Positions 8,884 through 18,901 of a stretch of DNA of 64,000 nucleotides are shown in pieces (position 1 is the stretch's first letter; each line of letters opens with the position of its first letter). The DNA comes from Flavobacteriales bacterium. GTDB lineage: Bacteria > Bacteroidota > Bacteroidia > Flavobacteriales_F > PHOS-HE28. Location: positions 189,812 through 253,811 of the forward strand of contig JADKFY010000002.1 in assembly GCA_016717305.1 (NCBI GenBank), written 5' to 3'. The position numbers were made by a program, and so were the translations under genes. Under the pieces are notes generated by a model, which searched no databases, was not told the DNA's origin, and worked only from the letters and a program-made list of their open reading frames with translations.

Positions 8884-9669
8884 ATGAAGAAGTTCTACGC
8901 TGTTCTCAATACCCTTGTCGTCGTCTTCGTGATCTTCTGGAATTACTGGAGCAATACCGGAGCGATCAACGGCCAAACAGTAGGGGAGCTGAGTGATAAG
9001 TACGCGAACCTCTTCACACCTGCGGGCTATGCATTCGCTATTTGGGGATTGATCTTTTTGGGTTTGCTGGTCTTGGTGGGGAACCAGATGCGATTGGCAT
9101 TCCGCGGAGGTGTGCATGACGAGACCATAGAGCAGATCGGACCGTGGCTCAGCATTGCGAATGTGGGAAATGCTGCATGGTTGTGGTTTTGGCTCCACGA
9201 ACAGACGGGGCTTAGCGTATTGGTGATGCTCGTGATCCTCTTCTCCTTGATTCAGGTCGTGCTTCGGTTGAACATGGAACGGTGGGATGCGCCCTTGTCC
9301 GTGATCGCATTCGTATGGTGGCCGATCTGCCTTTACAGCGGCTGGATCGCAGTCGCCACAATCGCCAATATCGCAGCTTGGTTAACGAGTATTCAATGGT
9401 CCATGGGCCTAACGGAAGTGCAATGGACGGTGGTAATGATCAGCGTTGCGGGCGTGTTGAACTTGATCATGATCTTCACTCGTAACATGCGGGAGTTCGC
9501 ATTGGTCGGTGTGTGGGCCATTGCAGCGATCGCGGCGAGGCACTGGGGTGAGATTGCGACGCTGCAATGGACCAGCGTAGCGTGGGCTGCCATCCTTCTC
9601 GCCTCAATTATGTACCATGCTTACAAGAACCGGCATGCGGGGCCGTTCCGGGATCGCAATACAACTTGA
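8884..9669 (+). CDS. Trp-rich polytopic membrane protein (TspO/MBR-related)
   Basis: NLFTPAGYAFAIWGLIFLGLL and multiple W-rich helices. Family assignment from memory only. Confidence 0.5.
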   Translation: MKKFYAVLNTLVVVFVIFWNYWSNTGAINGQTVGELSDKYANLFTPAGYAFAIWGLIFLGLLVLVGNQMRLAFRGGVHDETIEQIGPWLSIANVGNAAWLWFWLHEQTGLSVLVMLVILFSLIQVVLRLNMERWDAPLSVIAFVWWPICLYSGWIAVATIANIAAWLTSIQWSMGLTEVQWTVVMISVAGVLNLIMIFTRNMREFALVGVWAIAAIAARHWGEIATLQWTSVAWAAILLASIMYHAYKNRHAGPFRDRNTT

Positions 9670-9810
9670 TCGTCGCGGTTGTTCGGTTCAGATCTCCGTT
9701 TTCACGTGGCGATGTGAACATGCTTGGTGGTATTCGACTAGAATAGGGACCTTGCTCCACGCGCGAGCATTCCATCCGCGGTGTACTTGAACAACACCCT
9801 CCTGGCTTTA

Positions 9811-10725
9811 CTACTCCCCCAACACCAATTTGTACCCGACCCCGCGCACATTAACGATGCTCACATTCGCATCGGCCTCTAATTTCTTGCGAAGTTTGGA
9901 AATGAAAACGTCCAGCGTTCGGCCAACGTAATCGCCCTCGTCGCCCCACACCTTGGTCAGGATATTGTCCCGCTCCACGGTGTCGTTCATGGAAGCAGAA
10001 AGCAACTGAAGGAGATCCGCTTCTTTGCTGGTCAACCGGATCCGCTCCTTCTTGAATACGAGCTCCATGTTCCGTTTGTTGAATTGGAACTCGCCGATCT
10101 GGACCACGTTCGGGTTTGCCGCTTGGGACGTGCTCCGTCTGGACCGGAAGGCAACGATCACCCCAACCAACCCGAGCGTGAGGAGGGTCAAGAGCATCCA
10201 CAATGGTCCATTCCCACTTCGAAATGGACCCGTTGAAGGGGTTTCCGAATTTCCGGAAGTTTCGATCTCGGTAGGGTGTTGGTCAAGCAGTGTGATCCAC
10301 AGCATATAGCATGCAACTGGTTGCGCTCGCTCTTTGCATGCTAATACGTTGTCCGTCTTGATCTCAGCAACCTCGTAACTGTGAACTACCTTATTGGAGT
10401 CACAGGAAACGAATTCCACGATGTAGTTCTTGGCAATTTGTGTAGCGCTAATAACGCTGTCTATCGTTAATGCCAAGTCCTCCGGAACGAACCCGAATTC
10501 GGTCTTCATTCGGATCTTGTATTGGTCGCCATTTTTCTCGATCGGGAGCACAAGTGAAGTAGGGTCGCCAACCGCCAGCAGCACCTGATGACCGATCATA
10601 CGCATGGCCACTTCCACATGTCGTTCTTCATTTGCCGACAGCTTTTCGGTTCCAGCAAGAGCGGGTGCACCACAGAGGAACACCAGAATAGGAGCAAGGA
10701 AGAAGTGGGAAAGTCGGCGGTGCAT
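9811..10725 (-). CDS. transmembrane one-component regulator: N-terminal extracytoplasmic domain, one TM helix, C-terminal OmpR/PhoB-type winged-helix DNA-binding domain
   Basis: Signal peptide FFLAPILVFLCGAPALA, TM WMLLTLLTLGLVGVIVAF, then LTSKEADLLQLL...ILTKVWGDEGDYVGRTLDVFISKLRKKL...VRGVGYKL (Trans_reg_C pattern). Confidence 0.8.
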   Translation of the reverse strand: MHRRLSHFFLAPILVFLCGAPALAGTEKLSANEERHVEVAMRMIGHQVLLAVGDPTSLVLPIEKNGDQYKIRMKTEFGFVPEDLALTIDSVISATQIAKNYIVEFVSCDSNKVVHSYEVAEIKTDNVLACKERAQPVACYMLWITLLDQHPTEIETSGNSETPSTGPFRSGNGPLWMLLTLLTLGLVGVIVAFRSRRSTSQAANPNVVQIGEFQFNKRNMELVFKKERIRLTSKEADLLQLLSASMNDTVERDNILTKVWGDEGDYVGRTLDVFISKLRKKLEADANVSIVNVRGVGYKLVLGE

Positions 10726-10854
10726 GTTGCGAAACTACGAGCTTAACTCGTTGTTATTGAAAGAATTACATTCATTTTACACTAATTTACACGCTGTTGA
10801 ATAGTCTTTCGTCGGGCGGAAAGCACCTTTGCTGACACACAACAACACACGATC

Positions 10855-11673
10855 ATGAAAGCAGGAAAGCACATCGTAGGAATTGGAATTCTTCTTGTCT
10901 CGGGTAGCTTCCTCAGTTGTTCTAAAGACTGTCCCAAGGTCGGAACAGCGGAGGCCGCGATCTCCATCTCGAGCTTTGATCCGTTCAGATTGCCCAAAGC
11001 CGAGCAGGAACCTTGGTTGGATCCCTTCGTGTTCTTCTCGGACAAGGCCTACACGGTCAACGCCAGTCCTACCGCGAAGAATGCTCCGACTACAGAAGCT
11101 TCATTCATTGGCGGGAAGGATAAGATGATAAGCTACTTGAAAGCGAACATTGTTCCTTCTGTCACAAAGGGCATTGGTTGGTTGAAGCCACCCGTGGTCA
11201 ACTTCTCCGTAAACACACTGGGTGCAGTGGAAAGTGTGGAATTGGTCGAAACCAGCGGAAATGCTGGACTGGATGAACAGATGGTGAAGGTGATCGAGGA
11301 CATGCCCAGGTGGAAGCCTGCGCAAAGTGCGGATGGTAAAGTGGTCAGCCAGCCCTTCGAATTCAAGGTTATTCAAGCCGCATGCGACCAAAAGCCACCG
11401 ATCCCGCCGACCCTAAGTGTAAGCATGTACGAGGTGCCCTTGTTGGATCGGCAGATCGCTATGGAACATCCTTACGACCTTAATTTCAGCGTGAAGAAAG
11501 CTGGTGAGGGCCAGTATGTTTTGATCACCACGATGGGGTTGCACGGCGGCAGTTTCTACGTGTCGCCAAATTCCAAGCGTGATGTCAAAGGGAAATTCCT
11601 TCTGGAAGTTGCGAACCAAGATCACCTCATTCTGGAGGAGAAATTCAGGGAGATCCTCGCTCAAAGGAAGTGA
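10855..11673 (+). CDS. lipoprotein with TonB C-terminal-like domain
   Basis: Lipobox LVSGSFLSCS. ASFIGGKDKMISYLKAN...VVNFSVNTLGAVESVELVETSGNAGLDEQMVKVIEDMPRWKPA...GKVVSQPFEFKV resembles TonB_C modules. Confidence 0.6.
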   Translation: MKAGKHIVGIGILLVSGSFLSCSKDCPKVGTAEAAISISSFDPFRLPKAEQEPWLDPFVFFSDKAYTVNASPTAKNAPTTEASFIGGKDKMISYLKANIVPSVTKGIGWLKPPVVNFSVNTLGAVESVELVETSGNAGLDEQMVKVIEDMPRWKPAQSADGKVVSQPFEFKVIQAACDQKPPIPPTLSVSMYEVPLLDRQIAMEHPYDLNFSVKKAGEGQYVLITTMGLHGGSFYVSPNSKRDVKGKFLLEVANQDHLILEEKFREILAQRK

Positions 11674-11882
11674 TCGATCTTCATCCATTCGTGAACGGTG
11701 CGGTGGACTGGGTGAGCGAGGACACGAAGTATGAGCATACGTTGACCGTAACATCCAAAGAGGATTTCGACATCGGCGGCAAGTACCAATTCACGATCGA
11801 ACCAAAGTGTACAATGGAGGTCATTCCCTTCATGATCAAGTACCGATCAGGGGTGCTTACGATCGAAAAATGGAAGTGCTGA
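11670..11882 (+). CDS. small ORF (70 aa, GTG start), possibly the frameshifted continuation of 10855..11673
   Basis: Its GTG overlaps the upstream TGA. The frame stays open upstream of 11670. The AAA/GG runs at 11663-11667 are candidate indel sites. Confidence 0.3.
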   Translation: MIDLHPFVNGAVDWVSEDTKYEHTLTVTSKEDFDIGGKYQFTIEPKCTMEVIPFMIKYRSGVLTIEKWKC

Positions 11883-11915
11883 GAATTGGGGCAATTACAA
11901 GGACCGATCAAGCGC

Positions 11916-13034
11916 ATGAAAATGATCCACGCTGGCGTACTGTGCTATCCACTTTTGGTGACAATGCTTCAACTTAACTCATGCATTGGGCAGAGCCGAA
12001 CGAATGCGGCGCAGGATATCGATGTCGAGACAACTCCGCAAGTCCAAGTTCCAGACGAGGATCGTCAGATAGCAAAGTATGTAGGGTGCTTTGAAGATAG
12101 CAAGGGCAACCTCTGGATCACAAGTCTTAGCAAAGGAGTGGCTATGTATGATGGGGCAACCTTGAAATACTTTACCGTGGCTGATGGGCTTCCGAGTAAT
12201 GTCATATTAGCTGTGGCTGAGGATAAGAATGGGGTGCTGTGGTTCGGAGCGGATGGCGGCCTTTCGAAATATGATGGTGCAAATTTTGTGAACTTTACAA
12301 CAGATGACGGCCTTTGCCACCCTCGGGTCGCGAACTTGTTCATAGACTCAAAGGATCGGATGTGGATCGGTACATGGGGCGGTGTTTGTCGCTTCGATGG
12401 CACAACATTTACCCCGTTTGATCTCCCCGTACCAATAGTAGATCTTCCTGCAACTTTGGAGACGCAGAACTGGGTTACCGAGATCATGGAAGATATGAAG
12501 GGCAACATCTGGTTCGGCAGAAGCGGCTATGGTGCTACGAAGTACGATCCTGTTTCCGGAGCGTTCACGCAATACACCAAAGCAGAAGGCCTACCTTCCA
12601 ATTGCGTTCAGGCCATTCAGGAAGATGACCATGGCAACATTTGGTTCGGTACACGCGTGGCGGAAAAGGACGATCCCGACCCGGATGATCGAAATGGACC
12701 AGGCGGTCTAACGCGGTTTGATGGGAAGAGCTTTATTCAATTTCCTGAATTACCAGGACTGAACGATAATGACGTTTACGCGATCTTCAAAGACAGTTCG
12801 GGGAATATCTGGGTGAGTACCATTGGCAACGGCGCTTATCGATACGACAAGAATGGGTTCACCAACTTTGGCGTTAAGGAGGGTGCTGACCAGAACATTG
12901 CACCTGCGTTCAGTGGTATTGCAAATATCACTGAAGATAAGGAGGGCCGTATCTGGTTCGGTTGCGCTAATGGTCTTTTTCGTTTGGAAGGAACGGGTGT
13001 TATCAATGTTACCCGGGCCGGGCCTTGGAAATAG
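11916..13034 (+). CDS. beta-propeller protein built from two-component-regulator propeller (Reg_prop) repeats, secreted or lipoprotein
   Basis: Start at ATG 11916. Repeated GLPSN.V.A...D..G..W.GT..GL..YDG units occur about seven times. No kinase or HTH domain is attached. Confidence 0.8.
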   Translation: MKMIHAGVLCYPLLVTMLQLNSCIGQSRTNAAQDIDVETTPQVQVPDEDRQIAKYVGCFEDSKGNLWITSLSKGVAMYDGATLKYFTVADGLPSNVILAVAEDKNGVLWFGADGGLSKYDGANFVNFTTDDGLCHPRVANLFIDSKDRMWIGTWGGVCRFDGTTFTPFDLPVPIVDLPATLETQNWVTEIMEDMKGNIWFGRSGYGATKYDPVSGAFTQYTKAEGLPSNCVQAIQEDDHGNIWFGTRVAEKDDPDPDDRNGPGGLTRFDGKSFIQFPELPGLNDNDVYAIFKDSSGNIWVSTIGNGAYRYDKNGFTNFGVKEGADQNIAPAFSGIANITEDKEGRIWFGCANGLFRLEGTGVINVTRAGPWK

Positions 13035-13070
13035 CGTTGTTGGAATTCGGTACTGTCATTTGTACCGAAC

Positions 13071-13421
13071 TTGTCGCCCATGTTCAACTACAACGATCGC
13101 AGATTCCGTCCGGTGCAGAACAGCGCCAACGGTGAAACATCAGCTGAGACGATCTTCCTTTATTTGCAAGAAGGCAACATTCTCACATCAACCTATTCGG
13201 GCGGGCGCATTCGTCAAGGACATTTGATCGGCCTTGTGGATGAGAAAGGGTGCATCGACATGCGGTATCATCAGGTGAACGACCGTGGCGAGATGATGAC
13301 GGGAACATGCCGTTCCGTTCCTGAGACCATGCCGAATGGAAGGATCCGTTTGCACGAGAGTTGGCAATGGACCAGTGGCGATAAGTCGAGCGGAAGTTCT
13401 GTGTTGGAAGAGGTGGTATAA
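13071..13421 (+). CDS. conserved small protein, copy 2 of the paralogous pair
   Basis: See 3324..3662. The start may be the second Met at 13080 (MFNYNDRRF aligns with MPNYNNRHF). Confidence 0.8.
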   Translation: MSPMFNYNDRRFRPVQNSANGETSAETIFLYLQEGNILTSTYSGGRIRQGHLIGLVDEKGCIDMRYHQVNDRGEMMTGTCRSVPETMPNGRIRLHESWQWTSGDKSSGSSVLEEVV

Positions 13422-13427
13422 TATTCC

Positions 13428-13949
13428 TCACATACCCTTCCCCATATTGAACGCTTTCGAAGCTCCCTTCGGAATGGAGAGGCTTGTGAGATCATCACCC
13501 AAAAAGATCTTGCCGACCAGAACGATCTGTCCCACGTGATAGGGCACATGAGCGAGTTGTCGAACTATGGCCTGGGCCACTGTATGCGGTTCGGTGCGGA
13601 TCTTCACGATGCGCTCCATATCACTTTCCGTTAGCGGGTCTATTGCGTTGAAGAGACAGTCCCAGCCTTTGGTCCAATGATCGATCAGTTCGGCACGAGT
13701 GGTCAGTGTATTCTCGAATTCTGCATCTCGCTCGCGCCATTCTTTTTCGCCATCGGTGGTCAAGAAGTCGGTCCAACGGCTTAGCATGTTCCCATGCAAA
13801 TGATTGACGATCACAGCGATCGAATTGGATCCAGGTCCTGGTGCTCGGAAGAGATCAGCGTCGGGCAATTGTGCAAAGGTCTTGTCGCCTAAGCTTCGGT
13901 AGTACACGAACTCTTTACGGGTGCTATCAATGAAGTTCAACGTGGGCAT
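13428..13949 (-). CDS. DinB-like / DUF1572 four-helix-bundle protein
   Basis: SIAVIVNHLHGNMLSRWTDFLTTDGEKEWRERDAEF and QLAHVPYHVGQIVL are typical of DUF1572/DinB-fold proteins. Confidence 0.75.
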   Translation of the reverse strand: MPTLNFIDSTRKEFVYYRSLGDKTFAQLPDADLFRAPGPGSNSIAVIVNHLHGNMLSRWTDFLTTDGEKEWRERDAEFENTLTTRAELIDHWTKGWDCLFNAIDPLTESDMERIVKIRTEPHTVAQAIVRQLAHVPYHVGQIVLVGKIFLGDDLTSLSIPKGASKAFNMGKGM

Positions 13950-14055
13950 TCAGTCGTTGAGGTCAATAAGTGCAGATGAGAAGAAATATGCAAAGCACTG
14001 CATTCACAGATCGAAAGTAAGAATGCAAGCTCGTGCTCGGGTACGGTCTGAAGTT

Positions 14056-15516
14056 TCATTCATCCCACCACACCTTCGTAAAGAAGTCGTTGATCCCGTG
14101 ACCGACTTCCATCACGTTCGAACCGTTCAAGCTGAGTTCGGTGGCGGGGTAGGCAAGGCGAACGGGTACGCGCGAAGCATCGATCGGTTGGTCTTGGGCA
14201 TCGTGCAACACGGGGTAACCTGTGCGGCGCCATTCGCTGTACAGTTCGATCGCGTCAGTGTAGACGAAGGTCTTCCACTTTTGTTGGATGATGTGCTCCA
14301 GCGTTCCGTTGAATTGTCCCGGTCCATTGAGGTAAGCGTCAACGTCCGTTTGGGCGATACCGAGTTGATCCATGTGTGCGCGCACACCGAGATCGTAGTA
14401 GGCAGCGGCGCTCATTGTGCCACCGTATCCCTTCAATGCAGCCTCGGCAAGCAGGAAGCAGGTCTCCGCGTAGCTGAAGGTATTTCCAGGCAGATCGGGG
14501 CGAAGGAAGTAAGAACCCACGTACGACGTAGTGAAGGTGTTCAGTGCATTCGGATCGATGTCACTTGAAAGCAAAAAGCTGGGTACACCAACGTACTCAA
14601 AGGTTCCGAAGACCACACTTTGCGGCGTGAATTCCGAATAGCGTGCGATACGCGGATCGCTGTCAGCAGAGAACATGTCTATCAAGAAATCGCTAGGATT
14701 GTACATCCCTTGTGCAGTGTTCTCCAGTTCGTACATCGGGTTGCGTGCATTGCTGCTGTGTGGGAAACGTGCACTCTCTTGATTGGATCGGATGAAGTGG
14801 TCCTCATTCGTCAATTGTTGGATGATCGGTAATGCAACGTCCGGTGCTTTGTCGGAGATCCGCATGGCCAAGCGAAGGGTCAGTGAATTCGCGAAGCGCT
14901 TCCACTTGTCCACATCGCCACGATAGATCCAGTCCTCTGGGCCAACGTTGGGCTTGGTAGGGTCAAAGGCCGCAGAAGCTGATCGCAGTTCGTTGATCAA
15001 GTCTTCGTAGACCAAACGTTGTGTGTCGTAGCTCGGCGAGAAATCGGGTTGGTTCTCATCGTTGATCACGTTGTGCGCGGCGCTGTACGGAATGTCATCC
15101 CACAGGTCGGTGAGGCGATGGAAGATGTAGGCTCGGTAGATCCTGTAAGTGCTCAGTTTATTGATGCTCTCCGGATCGTTCTGCGTAAGCCGGATCGCTT
15201 CTTCGATGTTCCCGAGCACATCGGAATACATCAAGCTCCACGTGTTGTTCAGGGCGTCTCCACTAATGAAATACTCATCACCTGCGGAAGATATCCCGTT
15301 GATGCTCGCTTGTACCTGCATCCAATTGTTCAAGCCCCAGATCTCCGTTCGCACACCGTTCAGGTAATCCGTATGGTAGCGGTTCTGTGCATAGGCGAAC
15401 AGCGCGTCCGGGTCCACATCCATGACCACGTTCGGGTTCATGTTGAGCTCCTCGAATCCTTTCCGACAGGAGAAAAGGAATAGGCACGAGATCAGAAGAA
15501 ATGTGAGCTTCCTCAT
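14056..15516 (-). CDS. SusD/RagB-family nutrient-binding outer-membrane lipoprotein
   Basis: Lipobox LFLFSC. It sits immediately downstream of the SusC-type gene with a TGATG overlap at 15516. Length and the YRAYIFHRLTDLWDDIPYS and ETCFLLAEAALKGY motifs fit SusD-like_2. Confidence 0.9.
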   Translation of the reverse strand: MRKLTFLLISCLFLFSCRKGFEELNMNPNVVMDVDPDALFAYAQNRYHTDYLNGVRTEIWGLNNWMQVQASINGISSAGDEYFISGDALNNTWSLMYSDVLGNIEEAIRLTQNDPESINKLSTYRIYRAYIFHRLTDLWDDIPYSAAHNVINDENQPDFSPSYDTQRLVYEDLINELRSASAAFDPTKPNVGPEDWIYRGDVDKWKRFANSLTLRLAMRISDKAPDVALPIIQQLTNEDHFIRSNQESARFPHSSNARNPMYELENTAQGMYNPSDFLIDMFSADSDPRIARYSEFTPQSVVFGTFEYVGVPSFLLSSDIDPNALNTFTTSYVGSYFLRPDLPGNTFSYAETCFLLAEAALKGYGGTMSAAAYYDLGVRAHMDQLGIAQTDVDAYLNGPGQFNGTLEHIIQQKWKTFVYTDAIELYSEWRRTGYPVLHDAQDQPIDASRVPVRLAYPATELSLNGSNVMEVGHGINDFFTKVWWDE

Positions 15517-18500
15517 CAGAATTCCGCTTTGATATTGAAGCCGATGCTGCGTGTGATCGGATACGTCGCGTACTCAACGCCTTGTCCGTTGCCGTTGGAG
15601 TAGGAAGCCTCCGGATCAATGTTCGGCACATTGCTGTGGATCAACCATAAATTCCTGCCGCTGATCGTGAGTTCCACATTGCGGAGTTTCTTACCGAAGG
15701 CATTCTTTCCGAAGCGATACGTGAGGCCCACCTCACGCAATTTCACGTAGCTCGCATCGTAAACGAACGGTTCGTGGATCTCCTTGCCCCAAACTGCATA
15801 TTGCGTCCAATACACTTGTGGATCAATGGTCCGTTCCACAGCTTGTCCGCCAACATCCTGACCATTCACCACGGTGCCCGGAGCATAGACCCCACTTACC
15901 GTGTAGCCTCCGGTCGGCTCCCAGTTGATCACGTAATTCCCGTTGGGTTCCGAACCATTCTCGGCCACGCCTGCGGCAACGCGCGCTGCCTCGGAAGCGT
16001 ACCATTCCTTGCGACCTTCCAAGGTTGCAACGGCATTGCCGGAATATCCGTGCATGTACATGTTTGTCGCGGAATAGATGTCGCCACCTTTTTGGATATC
16101 CACCAAGAAGGAGAACACCCAATTCTTGTATTCGAATCCGTTGGTGATGCCCATGCGCCAGTCCGGATTCACATCGCCCAAGAGCACTTGTTGCGCGGTG
16201 CGCACGTAGGTGCCATCCGCGTTCATCAGTGGGTTACCGTTTCCATCGCGTTGGATCCCGTAGCCGAAGATCGAGCCGTACGGCAGGCCCGGTGTGGCGG
16301 TGATGTTCACCCGCCATTGATCACCGAGGATCTCTTGTTGCCCGCTGCTGTTCAGGCTTACGACAAGGTTGTTGTTCTTGGTGAAGTTGATCGTGTTGGT
16401 CCACCTGAAGTTCTTCGCTACAATTGGTGCGGTGTTAAATAGGATCTCCACTCCACGGTTCCCTGATCTCGCCTGCATTCACCACCGCCGTCGTGTATCC
16501 GCTGGCTGCGGAAACCGAAGACGTGAGGATCTGGTTGAAGGTGCTTGCATTGTAGTACGTGAAGTCCACGGAAACACGATCCTTGAACATGCGTAGTTCG
16601 ACGCCGAACTCATAGCTCCGTTTCTTTTCAGGCTTGAGGTTCACCAGCGGAAAAGGGTTGTGGACCCTGGAAATTGCAACGCCATCCACCGATGTGAGTG
16701 AGTCGTAGGCCAGTGCAAGTTGATACGGATCGGCATCCTTTCCAACTTGTGCAATGGAGGCGCGCAGCTTGCCGTAGGTGAGGAATTTCGGACGCTTTGC
16801 CATGTGTTCCGAGAACAAGTACGAGAGACTTGCCGAAGGATAGAAATAAGAGTTGTTCTGCTTGGGCAGGGTAGAGGTCCAATCGTTACGGCCTGTAAGA
16901 TCGAGGAACAGGTAGGACATGTACGAAACTTGCGCGGATCCGTAGATCGAGTTGATCCGTCGCTCGTAGAGGAATGTCCTGTCCGTTCGATTCGATGGTG
17001 CCACATTCTCCAAATTGTACTCGAACGGCACGATCAGATTGCGGCCGCTCTGTGAACGTGTGCTGCGCTTCTGGTACATTGCGTTACCGCCCAAGTTGCC
17101 GGAGATCTCCCAAATCTCTTTGATCTTTTTCTTGGCGCTGATCAAATAGTCGGCGTTCACTTCAAGGAAGTTGAGCTTGTCATCATTGAATTCGCCGTTC
17201 GGGGAAGTGAAGGAACGTGAGGCGATCCTGTTGTGTCGATCCTCATCGAAATGATCCATCCCGATGCGCCCCATCACCGAAAGCCAATCTTTCGTTTTGT
17301 GGATCAACGAAACATTGCCCAAGTACCGTTTCCGATCATCGCGATTGATGTTGCGTTCCACTGTGAAGAACGGGTTGCCGATCCAACCCCAGTTGGTGTA
17401 CCACACTTGCTCGCGTCCGTCGCTGTCCTCGAAATTTTCCATGGACTCGGTGGAAACATTGCGCGGCATCATGATGATGTTGCGCGCCGCGTTGTGCCCG
17501 TTGCTCTGGTTAACTCGGTTGTAAGCGCGTTGATCGACGTAAGTGAATTTCAAGGCGTACTCCAATTTCTTGGTGATCGCGCCGGAGTTCGTGAGGTTCA
17601 AATTGTTCCGTTTGAACGTGCTCGTTGGCGTTATCCCTTGGTTTCGTAGATCGGTGAATGAGATCCGGACCGGGAATTTTCCTCCGTGGGCCAGCGAAAT
17701 ACTGTTCGTCAGCGTATGGCCGAGCTGGAAGTATTTCTTGTAGTTGTTCGGTTGCGGAGAGAACGTTGTGGTGTCGCCGTTCCAATCGATGTATTGTTGG
17801 CCCAGCATTTCGGGTCCCCAACTCGCAGCGTAGGTGGGAAGTGAGGGTCGGTCGGTCTCGAAGAATGGGATGCCTTCGGGCGTGTACTTGAATTTGCCTT
17901 CTGATCCTGCCCCATAAGTGTTCTGGAGTTTGGTGAGGATGTATGCCGACTCGATGGATGTATTGATGTTCACGCCAACGCGCCATCCTTTCTTTGAACC
18001 AGCGGACTTCGTGGTGATCACGATCACGCCGTTCAACGCACGACTACCATAGAGCGCAGCCGCACTCGGTCCTTTCAGCACGATCAGGCTTTCAATATCG
18101 TCCGGGTCAATGTCCGAAATGGGACTGCCGAAATCGATGCCGCCCCATGTGCCACCGGAACCTTGCGTCGTGTTGTCGATCGGTATGCCGTCCACGACCA
18201 CCAACGGTTGGTTGTTGTTCACCACCGAACTGTTGCCGCGGATAAGGATCCTACTTGATGCTCCAGGTCCACCCGAGGTCTTTGTGATCTGCACACCGGC
18301 GATCTTGCCTTGCATACTGTTCACCACATTGGGATCCCGGGTAACGGTTGCACTGCGCACATCCATTTTTCCGACCGCATATCCCAAGGACTTTTCTTCG
18401 CGCGGAATGCCCAATGCCGTTACCACCACTTCTCCCAATTGGGTCGCCGCCGGTTCCAGTGTGATCGCAATTTCCTTTCTATTGTCTACGGGGATGATCT

Positions 18501-18735
18501 GCTCCGTGAAGCCGATGTACCGCACCTGTATGCTGTCCGTGGGGAGAACAGCGATCGAGAACTTTCCGTCGATATCAGTGGTGGTTCCCTTGGTTGTTCC
18601 GCGCACTAGAACAGTGGCCCCGGGAAGTCCGAGTCCTTCGGCTTTGTCCGTGACCTTGCCCACAAGGGTGATCTCTTGAGCATTGCTGTAAAGTGAAATG
18701 GCGATAAGAAGGAGAAGGAGTATCGGTCTTGCCAT
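15516..18735 (-). pseudogene. SusC/RagA-type TonB-dependent outer-membrane transporter, split by a 1-nt insertion
   Basis: The N-terminal ORF (16435..18735) has a carboxypeptidase-regulatory-like domain, a plug and barrel strands. The C-terminal ORF (15516..16478) ends in ...GFNIKAEF. The frames join as NAGEIR/NRGVEILFNT if one C of CCC 16461-16463 is removed. Confidence 0.85.
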
Positions 18736-18901
18736 CCGTGGAGATGCTCGAAAAGGTGCCCCAAATTAAGCGGATCCAAAGTGGGAACGTACCATTAGAA
18801 CAGGACTTCTTGGATTGTCGGAAACCAAGCAGAGCTTTGCGAATTACTTGTCCGGAGACTTCGGGAAAGCGTGTAGCTTAGCGGCAAGATCACACGCTGA
18901 T

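Noticed and set aside
13046-13069. Hairpin ttcggtac-(8 nt)-gtaccgaa after the beta-propeller gene, as a possible terminator.
   Set aside because: The stem is only 8 bp and AT-rich, with no following T tract. It abuts the next start codon. Too weak to annotate.
18815-18901. Upstream extensions of several track ORFs: 18815, 21670, 24044, 26417(-), 27562(-), 28820, 40713, 46299(-), 6145 and 11886.
   Set aside because: In each case an internal Met is immediately followed by a convincing signal peptide, lipobox or conserved N terminus. The longer versions would also overlap neighbouring genes or spacers.
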